A stretch of 64,000 bases of DNA, from IMG/VR virus record IMGVR_UViG_3300025018_000001; one strand, given 5' to 3'. The stretch is from a virus. Its lineage: Duplodnaviria > Caudoviricetes. Below the pieces are notes generated by a model. That model did not search any database. It saw nothing but the letters and a program-made list of their open reading frames with translations, and was not told the origin of the DNA. Of this stretch, positions 35,733 through 46,688 are shown piece by piece; position 1 is the first letter of the stretch; each line of letters begins with the position of its first letter. Position numbers and translations under genes: made by a program.

Positions 35733-36493
35733 TAAAGTCCTCCACATTGTTTAGTTAAATCTTTATGACATATATTACATAATAGTATATGACCAGCAGA
35801 ACTTATTGCATTAGTACCGTATTTGGCCACTTCCAGTGTATGATGCAATTCTACAACATCGCAAGTAGTACCACATTTTTCACAATAGTTATAACCTACC
35901 GCATCTAATTGAAGCTGCTTAAGATGTGTTGTTTGGCACGATCTGGCTTGTTCTTTATCAGAAGTACTTAGGTTAAGTATCGACTCTGGATCTACTAACG
36001 TGGTATTAAAATTGTAAACTTTACAAGATTGTTTGCATTTATCAGAACAATACATATTAGCATAACCACTTGGTGTTTTTATAAAGTTTTTTATTTCTTC
36101 AACTATAGGTGTATATAACTCTTTACAGTGATAACAGTTAATAACTACAAAATCACCCAATAAAGTAGCAGCGTATCCAGGATCTTTATCATTGATTTTT
36201 TCTATAAAATAAGGATTAGTGCATAAAGATCTATTATTAATTTTATTATTAGCATATTTTTTGTCCCTATTCTTTTCAAGATAGTTCTTGTCATATATAA
36301 TTCGTGTAGGTATACGTGAGTCTCTATAAGTTTTTAAACAACTTTTACAATTAGAAACAAGTTTGGTTAAAGAATCCTTACGTATCCCAAAAGCTTCCTT
36401 ATTCTGCACTTTACCACATTTCGAGCATTTTTTATATCCTCGTGCAAGTAAGGCTAAACGTAGCATTTTTTCATATTTTGATATACCAGCCAT
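35732..36493 (-). mobile_element. Zinc-binding HNH homing endonuclease-like protein
   Basis: CSKC, CKSC, CEKCG..ELHH, LLC..CH. Confidence 0.8.
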
Positions 36494-36506
36494 AAAATTA
36501 CCTACT

Positions 36507-36536
36507 AGGCAAGGTATAACTAGTTATACCTTGCCT
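36507..36536. repeat. Perfect 30-bp palindrome
   Basis: AGGCAAGGTATAACT|AGTTATACCTTGCCT. Confidence 0.95.
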
Positions 36537-36547
36537 TAAAATATTTT

Positions 36548-36727
36548 TTATTCTTTTACTGAAAGTTTTCTAAACTCTTTGCCTAACTTTTCAAGGGTTA
36601 GAGTGGCTTTACGTACACGAGCACCGGCTGACTTATTATTCTTATCAGCCCATTTTTCAGCATCTTCATTAATCTCCGCCATAATTCCCATCATCTCTTC
36701 CAAAACAACTTTTGATGTTCTTTCCAT
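36548..36727 (-). CDS. Histone H1-like protein Hc1 family, 59 aa
   Basis: Not in track. MERTSK...KNNKSAGARVRKATLTLEKLGKEFRKLSVKE*; NK.AG.R.RK....LEK..KEFRK is the Hc1 signature. Confidence 0.8.
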   Translation of the reverse strand: MERTSKVVLEEMMGIMAEINEDAEKWADKNNKSAGARVRKATLTLEKLGKEFRKLSVKE

Positions 36728-36752
36728 TTGTAACCTCTTAATTTATTTTATT

Positions 36753-39323
36753 TTAACTACACCTTGAGTAAGTACATCCTTCTGAAATACATTTTATGCA
36801 CCCCTCTGTAAACATTAAACTATTTTCACCACATTTAGGACATTTATTCTCATCTCCAGTTAATTCATAGGTGCCAACATACTTACCTAAAACTCTAGAG
36901 ATAGCAGTACTAAAATCAGATATACTGCCATTTGTCTTCTTAAGTTGTTCCACAATGTATCTAGGTAGAGCACCATGACGTAAAGCCAAACTTAAGAGTC
37001 TTGTCATACCTTTCTGACCGTCAGTCATTAATATAGAAGCTAAATCCTTATAAATTACGGGAGACCTTCTAATAACTACATCCAATTCGTATCTTCCTTT
37101 ACCTTGTTTGCGTATTATACCATTGTTACAAGTTTTTGGCAAGTATAAATCTTCAGAGTTACCACAAAAAATCTCGTAAGGTTTCCCATCAAGTAATCCT
37201 ACAAGTACCGTCCACATTTCCCCCTTTATAGATGTATAGTAAATGTCACAAGGTAGTTCAGCAGGTCTTTTAGGTGCACAATTAGGCACTATACCTAAAG
37301 GCCTGTCTAATTCAGAGCAACCTCCGGGTTGTTTCTTTTCAAAATTAGCTTCACTGGTTTTTGGGTCTTCGAAAAGTAGAATACCTTCACGAGAACCATC
37401 AACATAAACAGATACTGCCCGCACACCATGATTAAATGCCTCCATATAAATATTTTCTACGTCTTTAATAGTAGATGTAGCTGGTAAATTATATGTGCAA
37501 CTGATTGCAGCGTCTACCCATCTGTATATTCCAGCCATTAATTTAATTTTTTGTAGTGGATCTATATAATGTGCTGGCTTAAAAAACCCTTTAGGTAGAT
37601 TTCTATTAATAATGTCGGCTAATTTAAGACCTATAGCACCATCTTCATCTAACACTGACCCAGGAAAAGCACTTAATAATTGATAGTCATAAGAATCAGC
37701 ATTCAATTTATCCAGTACATAGTTTTTTATTTTATCTGGTATAATAAAATAATGTATATATTTACCTTTGTCAATTGCACGGGTTCTTCTCCAATAATAA
37801 GGGCCTGGGAAAGGTTCTACCCCAGATGAAAAGCAAGGTATTGGAAATGTACTGGACAATGATCCAGTAGGTGCTACTGACATATGTGCCATATTACGCA
37901 TATACTTTACAGCACTATAATCCCCATCAAATAACTCATCTACTACATTTTTAAAATAAGTGGACCCCATAAAAGCCTTTGTATCTGAGACTAAATTAAA
38001 AGCTGGAGCATTCCCCTTCTCTTTACCTAAAGCCATAGATGCTTTAAATACTGCACAAGAGTAATGTTTAAAAAACTCGCCCACATTGGCTATAGCCTCA
38101 TCGGAATCATAAGCTAAATCTTGCTTAAGAAGCCAACCATGAATATTTGTTATACCCATTCCTATTTCTCTAGTTTGTTCCAGAATCCAAGCTTGTTCTT
38201 TCAATGGAGAAAGTTTATTACGCGCTTCATAAGTAATAACATTATCGGACATACGTACCATATATGGTACTATATAAGCTAATTCTTGTGCATACTCCTC
38301 CGCGTTAGTCGAGAACATAGCATTATTCGGTGAAAGAAGATTACATACTCCATAGGGAGGTAAACTTTTTTCAGAGCACGCATTAGTACTAATTATTTTA
38401 AATCGTTTATCACCTGTGTCTAAAAATATTTGATGTACCATAGACCCTTCTCGTAATAGATCTATATATTGTACTCCTGGCTCAGCGTGCTTAAATGCTT
38501 GTTCCGCTATTAAATCAAATAACTCCTTAGCAGGAACAAATTTAGATATTCGTTCATACTTACTACCTTCTTCGAAATCAAAGTACAACTCCCAAGAAGC
38601 ATCTGCCTTAACAGCTTCAATAAATTTATTAGATATTTGAACAGATATATTTGCATTCTCAAGAATACCTTTTTCTGACTTTGCTCTGATAAATTCATAT
38701 ATGTCTGGGTGATGAACCTTAAGACTTACAAGTATAGCAGGTTTCCTACCTTTCTGTCCGACCCATTCTCCATTGTCTACTAACTTACAAATCCAAGGAA
38801 CAGCTCCTGTAGACTCTTCAGCAGCGTTATTAACAGGGGCACCTCTAGGACGTAGCGCAGATGAATCAAAACCCAATCCCTGTCTAAAAGCTGCGCATTT
38901 CATAATATCATAGTCACATTTAGAAATACTTTCCAAACTATCTTCTGCTAAAGGTAATGTGGTACAATTTAATAGTGATTTTAAGCTTGTAGCACCTACA
39001 CCAGCTAATACACTACCTCCTGGTCTAAACCACCCTGACCACATTAAGGCAAACCACAGAGCACAATATTTTTCTTGTAACTCTTCCGTTTCCTCCATAG
39101 CTGCCAAACCGGAAGCTACACGCTGAAAAACATCTGCTGGCGTCTCTATTCTAGCATAAGGAGTATCAGTATCTGTAATTACTTTACCATCTGCATCCCA
39201 CTTTGTACAATACTTTGTGTCAAACATCTTATGCGCATACTCATCATGTGTAAAATAATCTCTACTAGAAATAGTCTTCACATTCTCATATTTTATTACT
39301 TCAAAAATTTCATCTGATAACAT
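36753..39323 (-). CDS. nrdJ: Class II (B12-dependent) ribonucleotide reductase with TSCPD/Zn-ribbon C-terminus
   Basis: PGG..L, LLNC, TNACSE, CNL, APTGS, SGVEP, GSREG. Confidence 0.93.
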   Translation of the reverse strand: MLSDEIFEVIKYENVKTISSRDYFTHDEYAHKMFDTKYCTKWDADGKVITDTDTPYARIETPADVFQRVASGLAAMEETEELQEKYCALWFALMWSGWFRPGGSVLAGVGATSLKSLLNCTTLPLAEDSLESISKCDYDIMKCAAFRQGLGFDSSALRPRGAPVNNAAEESTGAVPWICKLVDNGEWVGQKGRKPAILVSLKVHHPDIYEFIRAKSEKGILENANISVQISNKFIEAVKADASWELYFDFEEGSKYERISKFVPAKELFDLIAEQAFKHAEPGVQYIDLLREGSMVHQIFLDTGDKRFKIISTNACSEKSLPPYGVCNLLSPNNAMFSTNAEEYAQELAYIVPYMVRMSDNVITYEARNKLSPLKEQAWILEQTREIGMGITNIHGWLLKQDLAYDSDEAIANVGEFFKHYSCAVFKASMALGKEKGNAPAFNLVSDTKAFMGSTYFKNVVDELFDGDYSAVKYMRNMAHMSVAPTGSLSSTFPIPCFSSGVEPFPGPYYWRRTRAIDKGKYIHYFIIPDKIKNYVLDKLNADSYDYQLLSAFPGSVLDEDGAIGLKLADIINRNLPKGFFKPAHYIDPLQKIKLMAGIYRWVDAAISCTYNLPATSTIKDVENIYMEAFNHGVRAVSVYVDGSREGILLFEDPKTSEANFEKKQPGGCSELDRPLGIVPNCAPKRPAELPCDIYYTSIKGEMWTVLVGLLDGKPYEIFCGNSEDLYLPKTCNNGIIRKQGKGRYELDVVIRRSPVIYKDLASILMTDGQKGMTRLLSLALRHGALPRYIVEQLKKTNGSISDFSTAISRVLGKYVGTYELTGDENKCPKCGENSLMFTEGCIKCISEGCTYSRCS

Positions 39324-39335
39324 AGTTACTCCTTA

Positions 39336-39827
39336 TTATCTTATTATCTTGGCATTGCCTACGAATTCATTGACGCCGGTGGAGCCGAAACCGCCCCTGT
39401 CTTCATTTTCTAGCGAGTCAACTTCTACCCAGTTTACATTTGGTTGCTTAAGTACTAATCTACATTGACAAATACGGTCATCTATACTTATTTTTGTATC
39501 TCTCATAGCTAAAGCGGGCATCTTAACTATATCACCATCACCACTATAACTTTCATCTAATACCCCTACAGAGTTTACCTGTATAATACCAAAATTTTTA
39601 AACGTACTTCCTCTAGGTGCAATATGCATTTCATAACCTGCAGGAACTTCAACAGAAATACCTAAATTTATGAATCTAAAATCACCTGCTTTTAAATCTA
39701 GTTCTTCGGCACATCTTAAGTCTGTCCAATCCCCTATGTTAATATTCTGAACCTTTGTTATATCCTTACTATGGTACTTAACTTTCATGTCTAATGGACC
39801 ATGACTACACCCACAAGCTTTATTCAT
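39336..39827 (-). CDS. dut: Trimeric dUTPase
   Basis: DL, PRGS, GVLDESY.G, RICQ, RGGFGSTG. Confidence 0.95.
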   Translation of the reverse strand: MNKACGCSHGPLDMKVKYHSKDITKVQNINIGDWTDLRCAEELDLKAGDFRFINLGISVEVPAGYEMHIAPRGSTFKNFGIIQVNSVGVLDESYSGDGDIVKMPALAMRDTKISIDDRICQCRLVLKQPNVNWVEVDSLENEDRGGFGSTGVNEFVGNAKIIR

Positions 39828-39829
39828 TA

Positions 39830-40072
39830 TTAATCCTCCACTAAAGTTTCAACATATAGATATTTTTCTCCTGCTTTACATCCTAAAATAACGAACGGAC
39901 TTGTGTTCGTACTAGAATTCTCCCTACCTCTATCAAAATAGAATAAAGCACACCAATTACCACACAACCTGCCACCATATTTTTCTGAGTATGGACAAGC
40001 ACCATTTAAAAAGAATGTTTCTTTTTCTTTTAAAGATGCTAATGCAGTTTCCTCATTTCTATAAACTTTCAT
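39830..40072 (-). CDS. Hypothetical protein
   Basis: ORF track. Confidence 0.7.
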   Translation of the reverse strand: MKVYRNEETALASLKEKETFFLNGACPYSEKYGGRLCGNWCALFYFDRGRENSSTNTSPFVILGCKAGEKYLYVETLVED

Positions 40073-40082
40073 AAGCTCACCT

Positions 40083-40499
40083 CTAATTAGTTTTCTCTAT
40101 AAAATTAGCATAAAACTGGGCGCCAATCCACGAAGAACTTTTAGGCACAAAACTGACAACACATATTGGGTCATCTAATTCTGCTCCTTGTTGTTTAACA
40201 AAAATATAGTTTAAATGTATAAAAAAATCTAGGCTTTCGTCATAGAAATTTTTAATTTCCATTTTCATAACATTTTCTAAATATTCAAGACTGACCCCCG
40301 TGAACCTATAGTCCTTAAGTAAGCTTATAGTAGTCTGGTCAGTGAATCCACACAAGTGTGAGTGGTTGTATAAAAGAAGCTCACCACCAATGTCGTCTAT
40401 TATAACATCTTCAGAATATTTAGTCAACAAAACTTTTATATTATTTCCTATAGTAACCATATTCATTTCCTTAATCTTGTTTAGCAGTACATTTATCAC
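40083..40499 (-). CDS. Hypothetical protein
   Basis: ORF track. Confidence 0.6.
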   Translation of the reverse strand: MINVLLNKIKEMNMVTIGNNIKVLLTKYSEDVIIDDIGGELLLYNHSHLCGFTDQTTISLLKDYRFTGVSLEYLENVMKMEIKNFYDESLDFFIHLNYIFVKQQGAELDDPICVVSFVPKSSSWIGAQFYANFIEKTN

Positions 40500-42405
40500 A
40501 TACTAGTCTAGTACCATAATGGTCGTCCGCCTCAAATCTCATTATATTGTGTTCACATTTTTTACCACTTGCATCCTTTTCTTCACATTCATGCTTTATC
40601 CAACAAGGGCCTATTACTGGTGCAGTACGCATGGGCATAACAGGAAAATAATGATTAAAGGCGTCATCCACAGAACTTACAACTATCTTAGCCACCTCAT
40701 CTGCATGAGTTATAGGTGCCTCTACAACAATCTCATCATGTACCGACAATAACAAACGTGCACCAACATCTAATTGTTCTAAACGTTCAACACATAATAC
40801 CATTGCTAATTTAATAGTATCACTGTCGGAACCCTGAATCTTATGATTTTTAGCAGCACGTTCTACCCCACCTATTATCTTCTTCCTTGCTGGGTCACTC
40901 ATAGGTGGTATATTGTAAAAACGGTGTCTACCTGTAATAGTAGTACTACTATGTGTACGTACTGCGTCCTTTGCTGCTTTAGTAAGCCAAGTATTCAAAA
41001 CATTATTGATTCTAAAATATTTATCAATAAGCTTTTGAGCTGTATCCTTAGGTATACCTAAACGTTTACCCAAACCAACAGCAGAAATACCATAAGCAAG
41101 TCCAAATGAAATAGCTTTGGAGGCTTTACGTTGTTCAGGAGTAACCTTATCATATGGCACTTCATAAATTCTAGCAGCGTTTACTGTATGTAAATCTAAA
41201 CCTTTCTCATATGTGTCTAAAAAGTTAGGCTCTCCTGACATAGCACCCATAATAACTAATTCTGCAGAGTTCTGATCCACAGTTATTAAACACATTTTAT
41301 CGTCTGCTATAAAACAAGATCTAAACTTTTGCTTTCCTGGTATATTCTGTAAATTAGGGTTGTTAGAAGACATCCTTCCTGTCGATACCATCTGCTTAAA
41401 CTGTGTATGTAATCTTCCTGTTTTAGGGTGTATACGCTCAATTAAAGCTTCACCATAAGTATTTACTAACTTGGCATTTTGTCTGTAAGATAATAAATCA
41501 TCTACAACTTTATGACCAGAATATTTTTTTAACGCCTCGTTTGCAGTGGACTCAACCTTAATACCAAGTTTGTTTAAGGCTGCCTTAAGTTGAACAGGGC
41601 TTGCAATATTAACTGTTGGTACACCAAATAACGATAACTGGTCTTGTGTGACTTGTAAGCTATCCTCAATATTCTTTTTGAACCCTTCAAGCTCACTAGC
41701 AAATTCATCCATCATAAGACGCCACTTTGTTACATCTAATTTTACACCATTTAATTCCATCTCACACAGTGGTTTTATAAAAGCCATTTCTAGTGCTAGT
41801 ACCTCTTGCAAATTGTACTTCTCTATTCTTTGCATTTGCATACTACGTATTATATCTAATACACAAACATCATTTGCGGCATATGCAACCTGTTTGTCAG
41901 TAAATTCTTGGTCATAAACTTCAAAAGTCCCACGAGGTTCTTTATTCATAACCATTCCTAAGTACTTTTCTACTAATTTAGCTAAACTAAAACCAGATAC
42001 TTGCACACCTAGATACATAAGAATTTCTGCTAGCATTGTATCATAAACATTTTCAATATAAAAACCATACTGAGACTTTAAAACTTTCATGTCATAGCTA
42101 GCATTTTGAAGTATCTTTAATTGCTTTTTACTTGTTAAAATTTTCTTAAATAAACTACCATGAATAGTAATCCCAGGTAAGTCACTTCTTACATCAAATA
42201 CGTAAGCCATATTAGGCACACCTATTTGCAATAGGGTAGTCTTACATCTAAAGGGGTCTAAAGATGTGCCCTCGGTATCTACCTCCAATATTGGCTGGGT
42301 ATATAAAAAATCGAGTACCTCTCTAGCTCTAGCTTCATCTTTTATATATTCATAGTTTGGTGTAGGTAGTTCAGGTAACTCAACAAATGCTTCTAAATTA
42401 TTCAT
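40471..42405 (-). CDS. polA: Family A DNA polymerase (3'-5' exonuclease plus polymerase, no 5'-3' exonuclease)
   Basis: DTE, N..YD, YAAND; GRMSS.NPNLQNIP, D.NSAE, R...K...FG..YG, SVHDE. Confidence 0.97.
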   Translation of the reverse strand: MNNLEAFVELPELPTPNYEYIKDEARAREVLDFLYTQPILEVDTEGTSLDPFRCKTTLLQIGVPNMAYVFDVRSDLPGITIHGSLFKKILTSKKQLKILQNASYDMKVLKSQYGFYIENVYDTMLAEILMYLGVQVSGFSLAKLVEKYLGMVMNKEPRGTFEVYDQEFTDKQVAYAANDVCVLDIIRSMQMQRIEKYNLQEVLALEMAFIKPLCEMELNGVKLDVTKWRLMMDEFASELEGFKKNIEDSLQVTQDQLSLFGVPTVNIASPVQLKAALNKLGIKVESTANEALKKYSGHKVVDDLLSYRQNAKLVNTYGEALIERIHPKTGRLHTQFKQMVSTGRMSSNNPNLQNIPGKQKFRSCFIADDKMCLITVDQNSAELVIMGAMSGEPNFLDTYEKGLDLHTVNAARIYEVPYDKVTPEQRKASKAISFGLAYGISAVGLGKRLGIPKDTAQKLIDKYFRINNVLNTWLTKAAKDAVRTHSSTTITGRHRFYNIPPMSDPARKKIIGGVERAAKNHKIQGSDSDTIKLAMVLCVERLEQLDVGARLLLSVHDEIVVEAPITHADEVAKIVVSSVDDAFNHYFPVMPMRTAPVIGPCWIKHECEEKDASGKKCEHNIMRFEADDHYGTRLVCDKCTAKQD

Positions 42406-42406
42406 T

Positions 42407-43471
42407 CTAACTCCCTAATAAAGTTACTACTTTAAACATTATATTATAAAACATGTGTTCTGCAGGTTTACCTGTAAGATAGATTGGTGTTGTTAATTGT
42501 GATAAAGCGTTTGAAATATTCTTACCACTAGTTAAGTTGCTTCGTTTTAGACAGCCCACAAAAAAGCCGCATACAGCAATACGTATACTCTCTACGGGGT
42601 ATTTCTTGGCTAACTTCTCAAACAATACACAGGATTCTTTAAAATCTCGTTTAATTAATGTCTTACATAGATGTATAGTTTCTGCATCATCTTCATCTAA
42701 GATAATACCTGTTAGTAACTCTTTAACATTAGTTAAATTCCAAGAACCTTCTGTTATTACAGAGTCTAAACAATTAAGCGCTTTTCTAGGTACACCAAAA
42801 GATAAGTCACAAATATACTTTAATACATCAATGTCATAGTTTACCCCTTCAAATTGAGCTACGTTTTCTAACATTTGCATTATCTCTTCAGGAGATAAAG
42901 GTTTCAGATGCAATATCTTACACCTATCTAGAAACGGATCGTCATCCGTATTTTTACTTGTTAGTTTCTCTGGCTCATTAGTACAAAATATAATATACAC
43001 ATGTGAGTAACAATCTTCCATACGCTTTAGTAATAAAGCTTGTGCTGCTGGAGATAATCTATGCGCTTCATCAAATATTAGAACTTTATGTTTAGAGCTA
43101 AATGGTGAAGAGGATAAATTCTCAACTAACCCATCTACGGCGTCTTTACCGTTGTTACTACCTACATTTATTTCATTAACATCCATACTATTTGAATTTA
43201 AAATAGCGGTACAAGAAGAACAAGTAAGACATGGTACTGTATCTTTAGAATTTTCACAATTTAAACTCAGTGCTAAAATCCTAGCTAAAGTAGTCTTACC
43301 TAAACCAGCATCACCTGTTAGTAATAAAATATGAGGTAGTGTACCTTTTATAAGATAATTACTGACCAATGTTTTAACAGAAGGACTTCCTAAAAATTCT
43401 TCTACTGTACAAGGCCTGTACACAGTTAAAAAACCATTTGCGCCTGTCCTTGTTTCTCTTCTTATTAACAT
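42407..43471 (-). CDS. dnaX: Clamp-loader subunit, DNA polymerase III gamma/tau-like
   Basis: YRP, G..G.GKTT.ARILA..LNC, PC..C..C, DEAH.LS..A...LLK. Confidence 0.9.
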   Translation of the reverse strand: MLIRRETRTGANGFLTVYRPCTVEEFLGSPSVKTLVSNYLIKGTLPHILLLTGDAGLGKTTLARILALSLNCENSKDTVPCLTCSSCTAILNSNSMDVNEINVGSNNGKDAVDGLVENLSSSPFSSKHKVLIFDEAHRLSPAAQALLLKRMEDCYSHVYIIFCTNEPEKLTSKNTDDDPFLDRCKILHLKPLSPEEIMQMLENVAQFEGVNYDIDVLKYICDLSFGVPRKALNCLDSVITEGSWNLTNVKELLTGIILDEDDAETIHLCKTLIKRDFKESCVLFEKLAKKYPVESIRIAVCGFFVGCLKRSNLTSGKNISNALSQLTTPIYLTGKPAEHMFYNIMFKVVTLLGS

Positions 43472-43905
43472 AAGTACTCCTTTCGATTTAAATATAATTC
43501 AGTTAAGATACCTCTACCTGAGGTAGTTTTAAATTGTTTAAACCCCAAATCTTTGTTAGTACAAAAAGAATTAGGTATCATACGCATACAAGGTATATCT
43601 GATATAAAGCTTCCAATATAAACAGCGTCATCAGCAGTATAATTGTATTTGCGTAAAATTTCAAGTAAAATATCACGTTTATTTTTTGGTGCCCAGTAAA
43701 AAGGTATATATTTTCTTGTACAGAGATTATAATTAACATTGTTGTCGGCAGATAAGAACACAAACTGGTAGTCGGACTTCAACTTGTTTATAGCTTCAAA
43801 GTCACCAATGTAAAAATCCTTAAACAGTGTTATACCTATGTTATCAATTCTGCTACATCCAGAAGTAATAACTCCATCTATTTCTGAAATTATTATTTTT
43901 GTCAT
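43465..43905 (-). CDS. KdsC-like HAD phosphatase (degenerate motif I)
   Basis: ISEIDGVIT, F..GDF.AI, YIGS..SD..CM, GRG...E. Confidence 0.7.
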   Translation of the reverse strand: MTKIIISEIDGVITSGCSRIDNIGITLFKDFYIGDFEAINKLKSDYQFVFLSADNNVNYNLCTRKYIPFYWAPKNKRDILLEILRKYNYTADDAVYIGSFISDIPCMRMIPNSFCTNKDLGFKQFKTTSGRGILTELYLNRKEYLC

Positions 43906-44462
43906 TTTTTACCTACTATTAATATGTCATTTGGGATATTTAGTATACTACTGGTGGGTGTCTTAATAAAATGTTTAACTGTACAACCTGAATTATTTAT
44001 AATAGCCCTCCAAAGCCCTGAAGATCTGTGTCTACAAGAGTCCTCTGTATACGAGGATTGTAAGTCACCAGTAATTATCATAAAACCACCAGACTTTAAA
44101 TAAGTGCACAAATTTTCTAGAGCCTTCTGCCACATAAAGTCATTTAATTCATAAGATAGAGTGCTTAATACATGTATTACGTCATACTGTCCTATAAATG
44201 GGCCTATGCTTTCATAAAGTTCTTTATCGAGTATGTCATAATTGTACACATCAATAAATTTATTAACACAAGGTGGGTTCTTATCTAAACTCGTAACCAA
44301 AGTAGCCTGTACAGTATTTAAATAAAAGTCAACCCAATATTCCTCTGTAGTTGTATCCAGTACACACAAATCATCGAGGTGGGTACCACAATATTTATAC
44401 AACATTTTAAATATATAGTTCTCTATTAGATTATTGTAGTAGTTACTGAACCATCTATTCAT
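43902..44462 (-). CDS. Divergent class I methyltransferase-like protein
   Basis: VLD, YDVI....LSY, LKSGG. Confidence 0.55.
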   Translation of the reverse strand: MNRWFSNYYNNLIENYIFKMLYKYCGTHLDDLCVLDTTTEEYWVDFYLNTVQATLVTSLDKNPPCVNKFIDVYNYDILDKELYESIGPFIGQYDVIHVLSTLSYELNDFMWQKALENLCTYLKSGGFMIITGDLQSSYTEDSCRHRSSGLWRAIINNSGCTVKHFIKTPTSSILNIPNDILIVGKK

Positions 44463-44633
44463 TTAATCTCCCAATATATTAGCATAGAATTATAATTAAA
44501 GCAACAAAAATTTACTTGTGTAGAACAATTATTTAAATTGCAGTTAAAAACGCTTATAATGCCCCGTAGTAGAGTTTTAATACTAAAGATATGTCAGTAC
44601 ACCTTTTTTAATAAAACACCTATAAAAGACACG

Positions 44634-44667
44634 TGAGGTACCTATACGTTATGCATAGAGTACCTCA
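44634..44667. terminator. Hairpin, possible terminator
   Basis: TGAGGTAC...GTACCTCA arms with inner CTAT/ATAG. Confidence 0.45.
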
Positions 44668-44673
44668 TTTACT

Positions 44674-45180
44674 TTACTTAATAACTTTAAGAATAAAGTT
44701 AGAATGTACACTTAAAGTACTAATTAATTTTAAGCCTACTTCAGAACACAGTTCTTGTAACCATTTAGTGTTAAAAATAACGTAATGAAAATTTCCTGGG
44801 TAGTCTTGACCTCCAAAAATATGATAAGACACAAATTTAGCATCTTTATTATCTTTGTAGTGCTCAGCAACCCACTCCATATCTGGTGTACGTATTTCCA
44901 AAGTTCCTCCTAATTTTAAGACCCTGTACCATTCAGTTAACAAGGTTAGAGTTTTACTTATTGGAAAATGTTCTATAATATCACTAGCTAATAGGTAGTC
45001 AAAATAATTATCTTCAAACGGAAGTACTTCTGCAGAGCTGACTACATCAACTACACTTAAATCTGAACGTTCATCTAAATTTATACATTTAAATCCTTCG
45101 GGATATTCTGTAAATGTCCTGTCACCACAACCAATATTCAATGTCTTTTTCAAATTAACCTCTAATAAATTAAATTTCAA
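44674..45180 (-). CDS. Class I SAM methyltransferase (type 11)
   Basis: LNIGCG, IEH, W.RVLK.GG.L.I.TPD. Confidence 0.88.
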   Translation of the reverse strand: MKFNLLEVNLKKTLNIGCGDRTFTEYPEGFKCINLDERSDLSVVDVVSSAEVLPFEDNYFDYLLASDIIEHFPISKTLTLLTEWYRVLKLGGTLEIRTPDMEWVAEHYKDNKDAKFVSYHIFGGQDYPGNFHYVIFNTKWLQELCSEVGLKLISTLSVHSNFILKVIK

Positions 45181-46291
45181 CTGCTTCTATAAAGATCTTT
45201 CCTATAATGTCATCAGAGAAATTACTTATAAGCTCCTTCTTTAATTGGTCACCTCTACGTTTTGCTGTTAACTTATCTTCAAATACACATTGTGCTAAAG
45301 ATGCCCCATGTGTTGGGGATGCTTCTGCCCAGTTCATCGACCCTAAGTACCATGGGGAGAAAGGCATACCTGACACAGGTGTTTCTACGTAGTTAACTAA
45401 GTAACTATTATGACTATTTAAGTACTGTAAAACACCACCATAACCTGTCACTATAACTGGATTACCTGCGGCCCCAGCATTAGCCGTACTCATTCCCCAA
45501 CCTTCTGCCCTGTCTAAAGCTATATAACAATCACACCTTTTATGTAGTGCAGTTATTTCCTCTTCACTCAACAAATCTAAAATCAAATAGATTGGTGGGT
45601 ACTTAGGTAGTACAATCATCTGTTTCATACGTTTAATAGTTGCTCGAATTGCATCTCTGTCTGCATCAGCGTAGCTACTACCGTATGTTTTTAAAACTAG
45701 CGCAACATTTTCATCATTCTGAAAAGCCGACCAATATGCTTTTATAGTGGCCAAAGGATTTTTACGTTCAGTCCATTGATTAATATTATAAAACAAAAAG
45801 GTATCTTTGTCAGGTATGTTTAATATATTACTACAATCTTCATTTTTTGTAAAGTTAAAAGTGTCCACCACATGTGGTACTACATAAATAGGTATAGTAA
45901 CACCACTACTTTCAAATACTTCCTTATTCCATGAACAAGGTACAAAAACTTTGTCTACATTGGTGTTTATATATTTAGGCCATTCTGGATGTAAATGGTC
46001 TGTCTCCCACACAGTGTACCCTATATTTATTTTATCTTCCTCACGGTAACGTTCCCAGAATTCTGGAGTTGTATGTATAATAACAGTGTCATACTCAATA
46101 TCTTTATTAAGCAACTCAGAAATAATTGAAGAAGCCTCTCCTAAATCTGGTCTAGCTTCCTCAAAAGATATGGGCGCTATTGTTAAAGGCACACCTAATT
46201 TATGTAATGCAAGTATGTAGCCTCTAGCCGCTTTAGCGTAACCAGAATTATCAAGACATGGTGCTATATACTTTATCCCTTGTATCCCCAT
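45170..46291 (-). CDS. GT-B glycosyltransferase (GT4-like)
   Basis: TVWET, ERKN, RAEGWG, EA..GNPVI.T.YGG. Confidence 0.88.
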   Translation of the reverse strand: MGIQGIKYIAPCLDNSGYAKAARGYILALHKLGVPLTIAPISFEEARPDLGEASSIISELLNKDIEYDTVIIHTTPEFWERYREEDKINIGYTVWETDHLHPEWPKYINTNVDKVFVPCSWNKEVFESSGVTIPIYVVPHVVDTFNFTKNEDCSNILNIPDKDTFLFYNINQWTERKNPLATIKAYWSAFQNDENVALVLKTYGSSYADADRDAIRATIKRMKQMIVLPKYPPIYLILDLLSEEEITALHKRCDCYIALDRAEGWGMSTANAGAAGNPVIVTGYGGVLQYLNSHNSYLVNYVETPVSGMPFSPWYLGSMNWAEASPTHGASLAQCVFEDKLTAKRRGDQLKKELISNFSDDIIGKIFIEAVEI

Positions 46292-46688
46292 ATAAATTCT
46301 CCTTTAAATCATTATTGTAATATAAACGTATTACGTCGTCTGTAGGTGACACTATATCAGAAAAACATAATTCATATAAAGGCCAGATCTCTACCTGCTC
46401 GTCAGTCTTAGAAACGGCCTTTTGTATAGCTGTTGTCTGTATTGTGAAGAAGTGCACATTAAAATTAACATTGTCAGTAAAGTTATCTACTAACAACCAA
46501 TTATATAATAGTAAACCGCACTCCTCCTCACATTCACGTATCATAGCTGCATAAGGTGTTTCATCTACTTCTATTTTACCACCCACACCATTTAACTTTC
46601 CTATTTGCAGCTCAGGTCTTCGTTTACGTATCAGTAAAACATTGTCGTATGTTTCATCAAAAATTACACCAACTACGTATTGTTGCAT
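46251..46688 (-). CDS. NUDIX hydrolase
   Basis: GGKIE.DET...A..RE..EE.G. Confidence 0.92.
   Translation of the reverse strand: MQQYVVGVIFDETYDNVLLIRKRRPELQIGKLNGVGGKIEVDETPYAAMIRECEEECGLLLYNWLLVDNFTDNVNFNVHFFTIQTTAIQKAVSKTDEQVEIWPLYELCFSDIVSPTDDVIRLYYNNDLKENLYGDTRDKVYSTMS

Noticed and set aside
32019-36493. Group I introns housing the GIY-YIG and HNH genes
   Set aside because: Flanking genes appear complete and abut the endonuclease ORFs with no room for intron core structure; treated as free-standing
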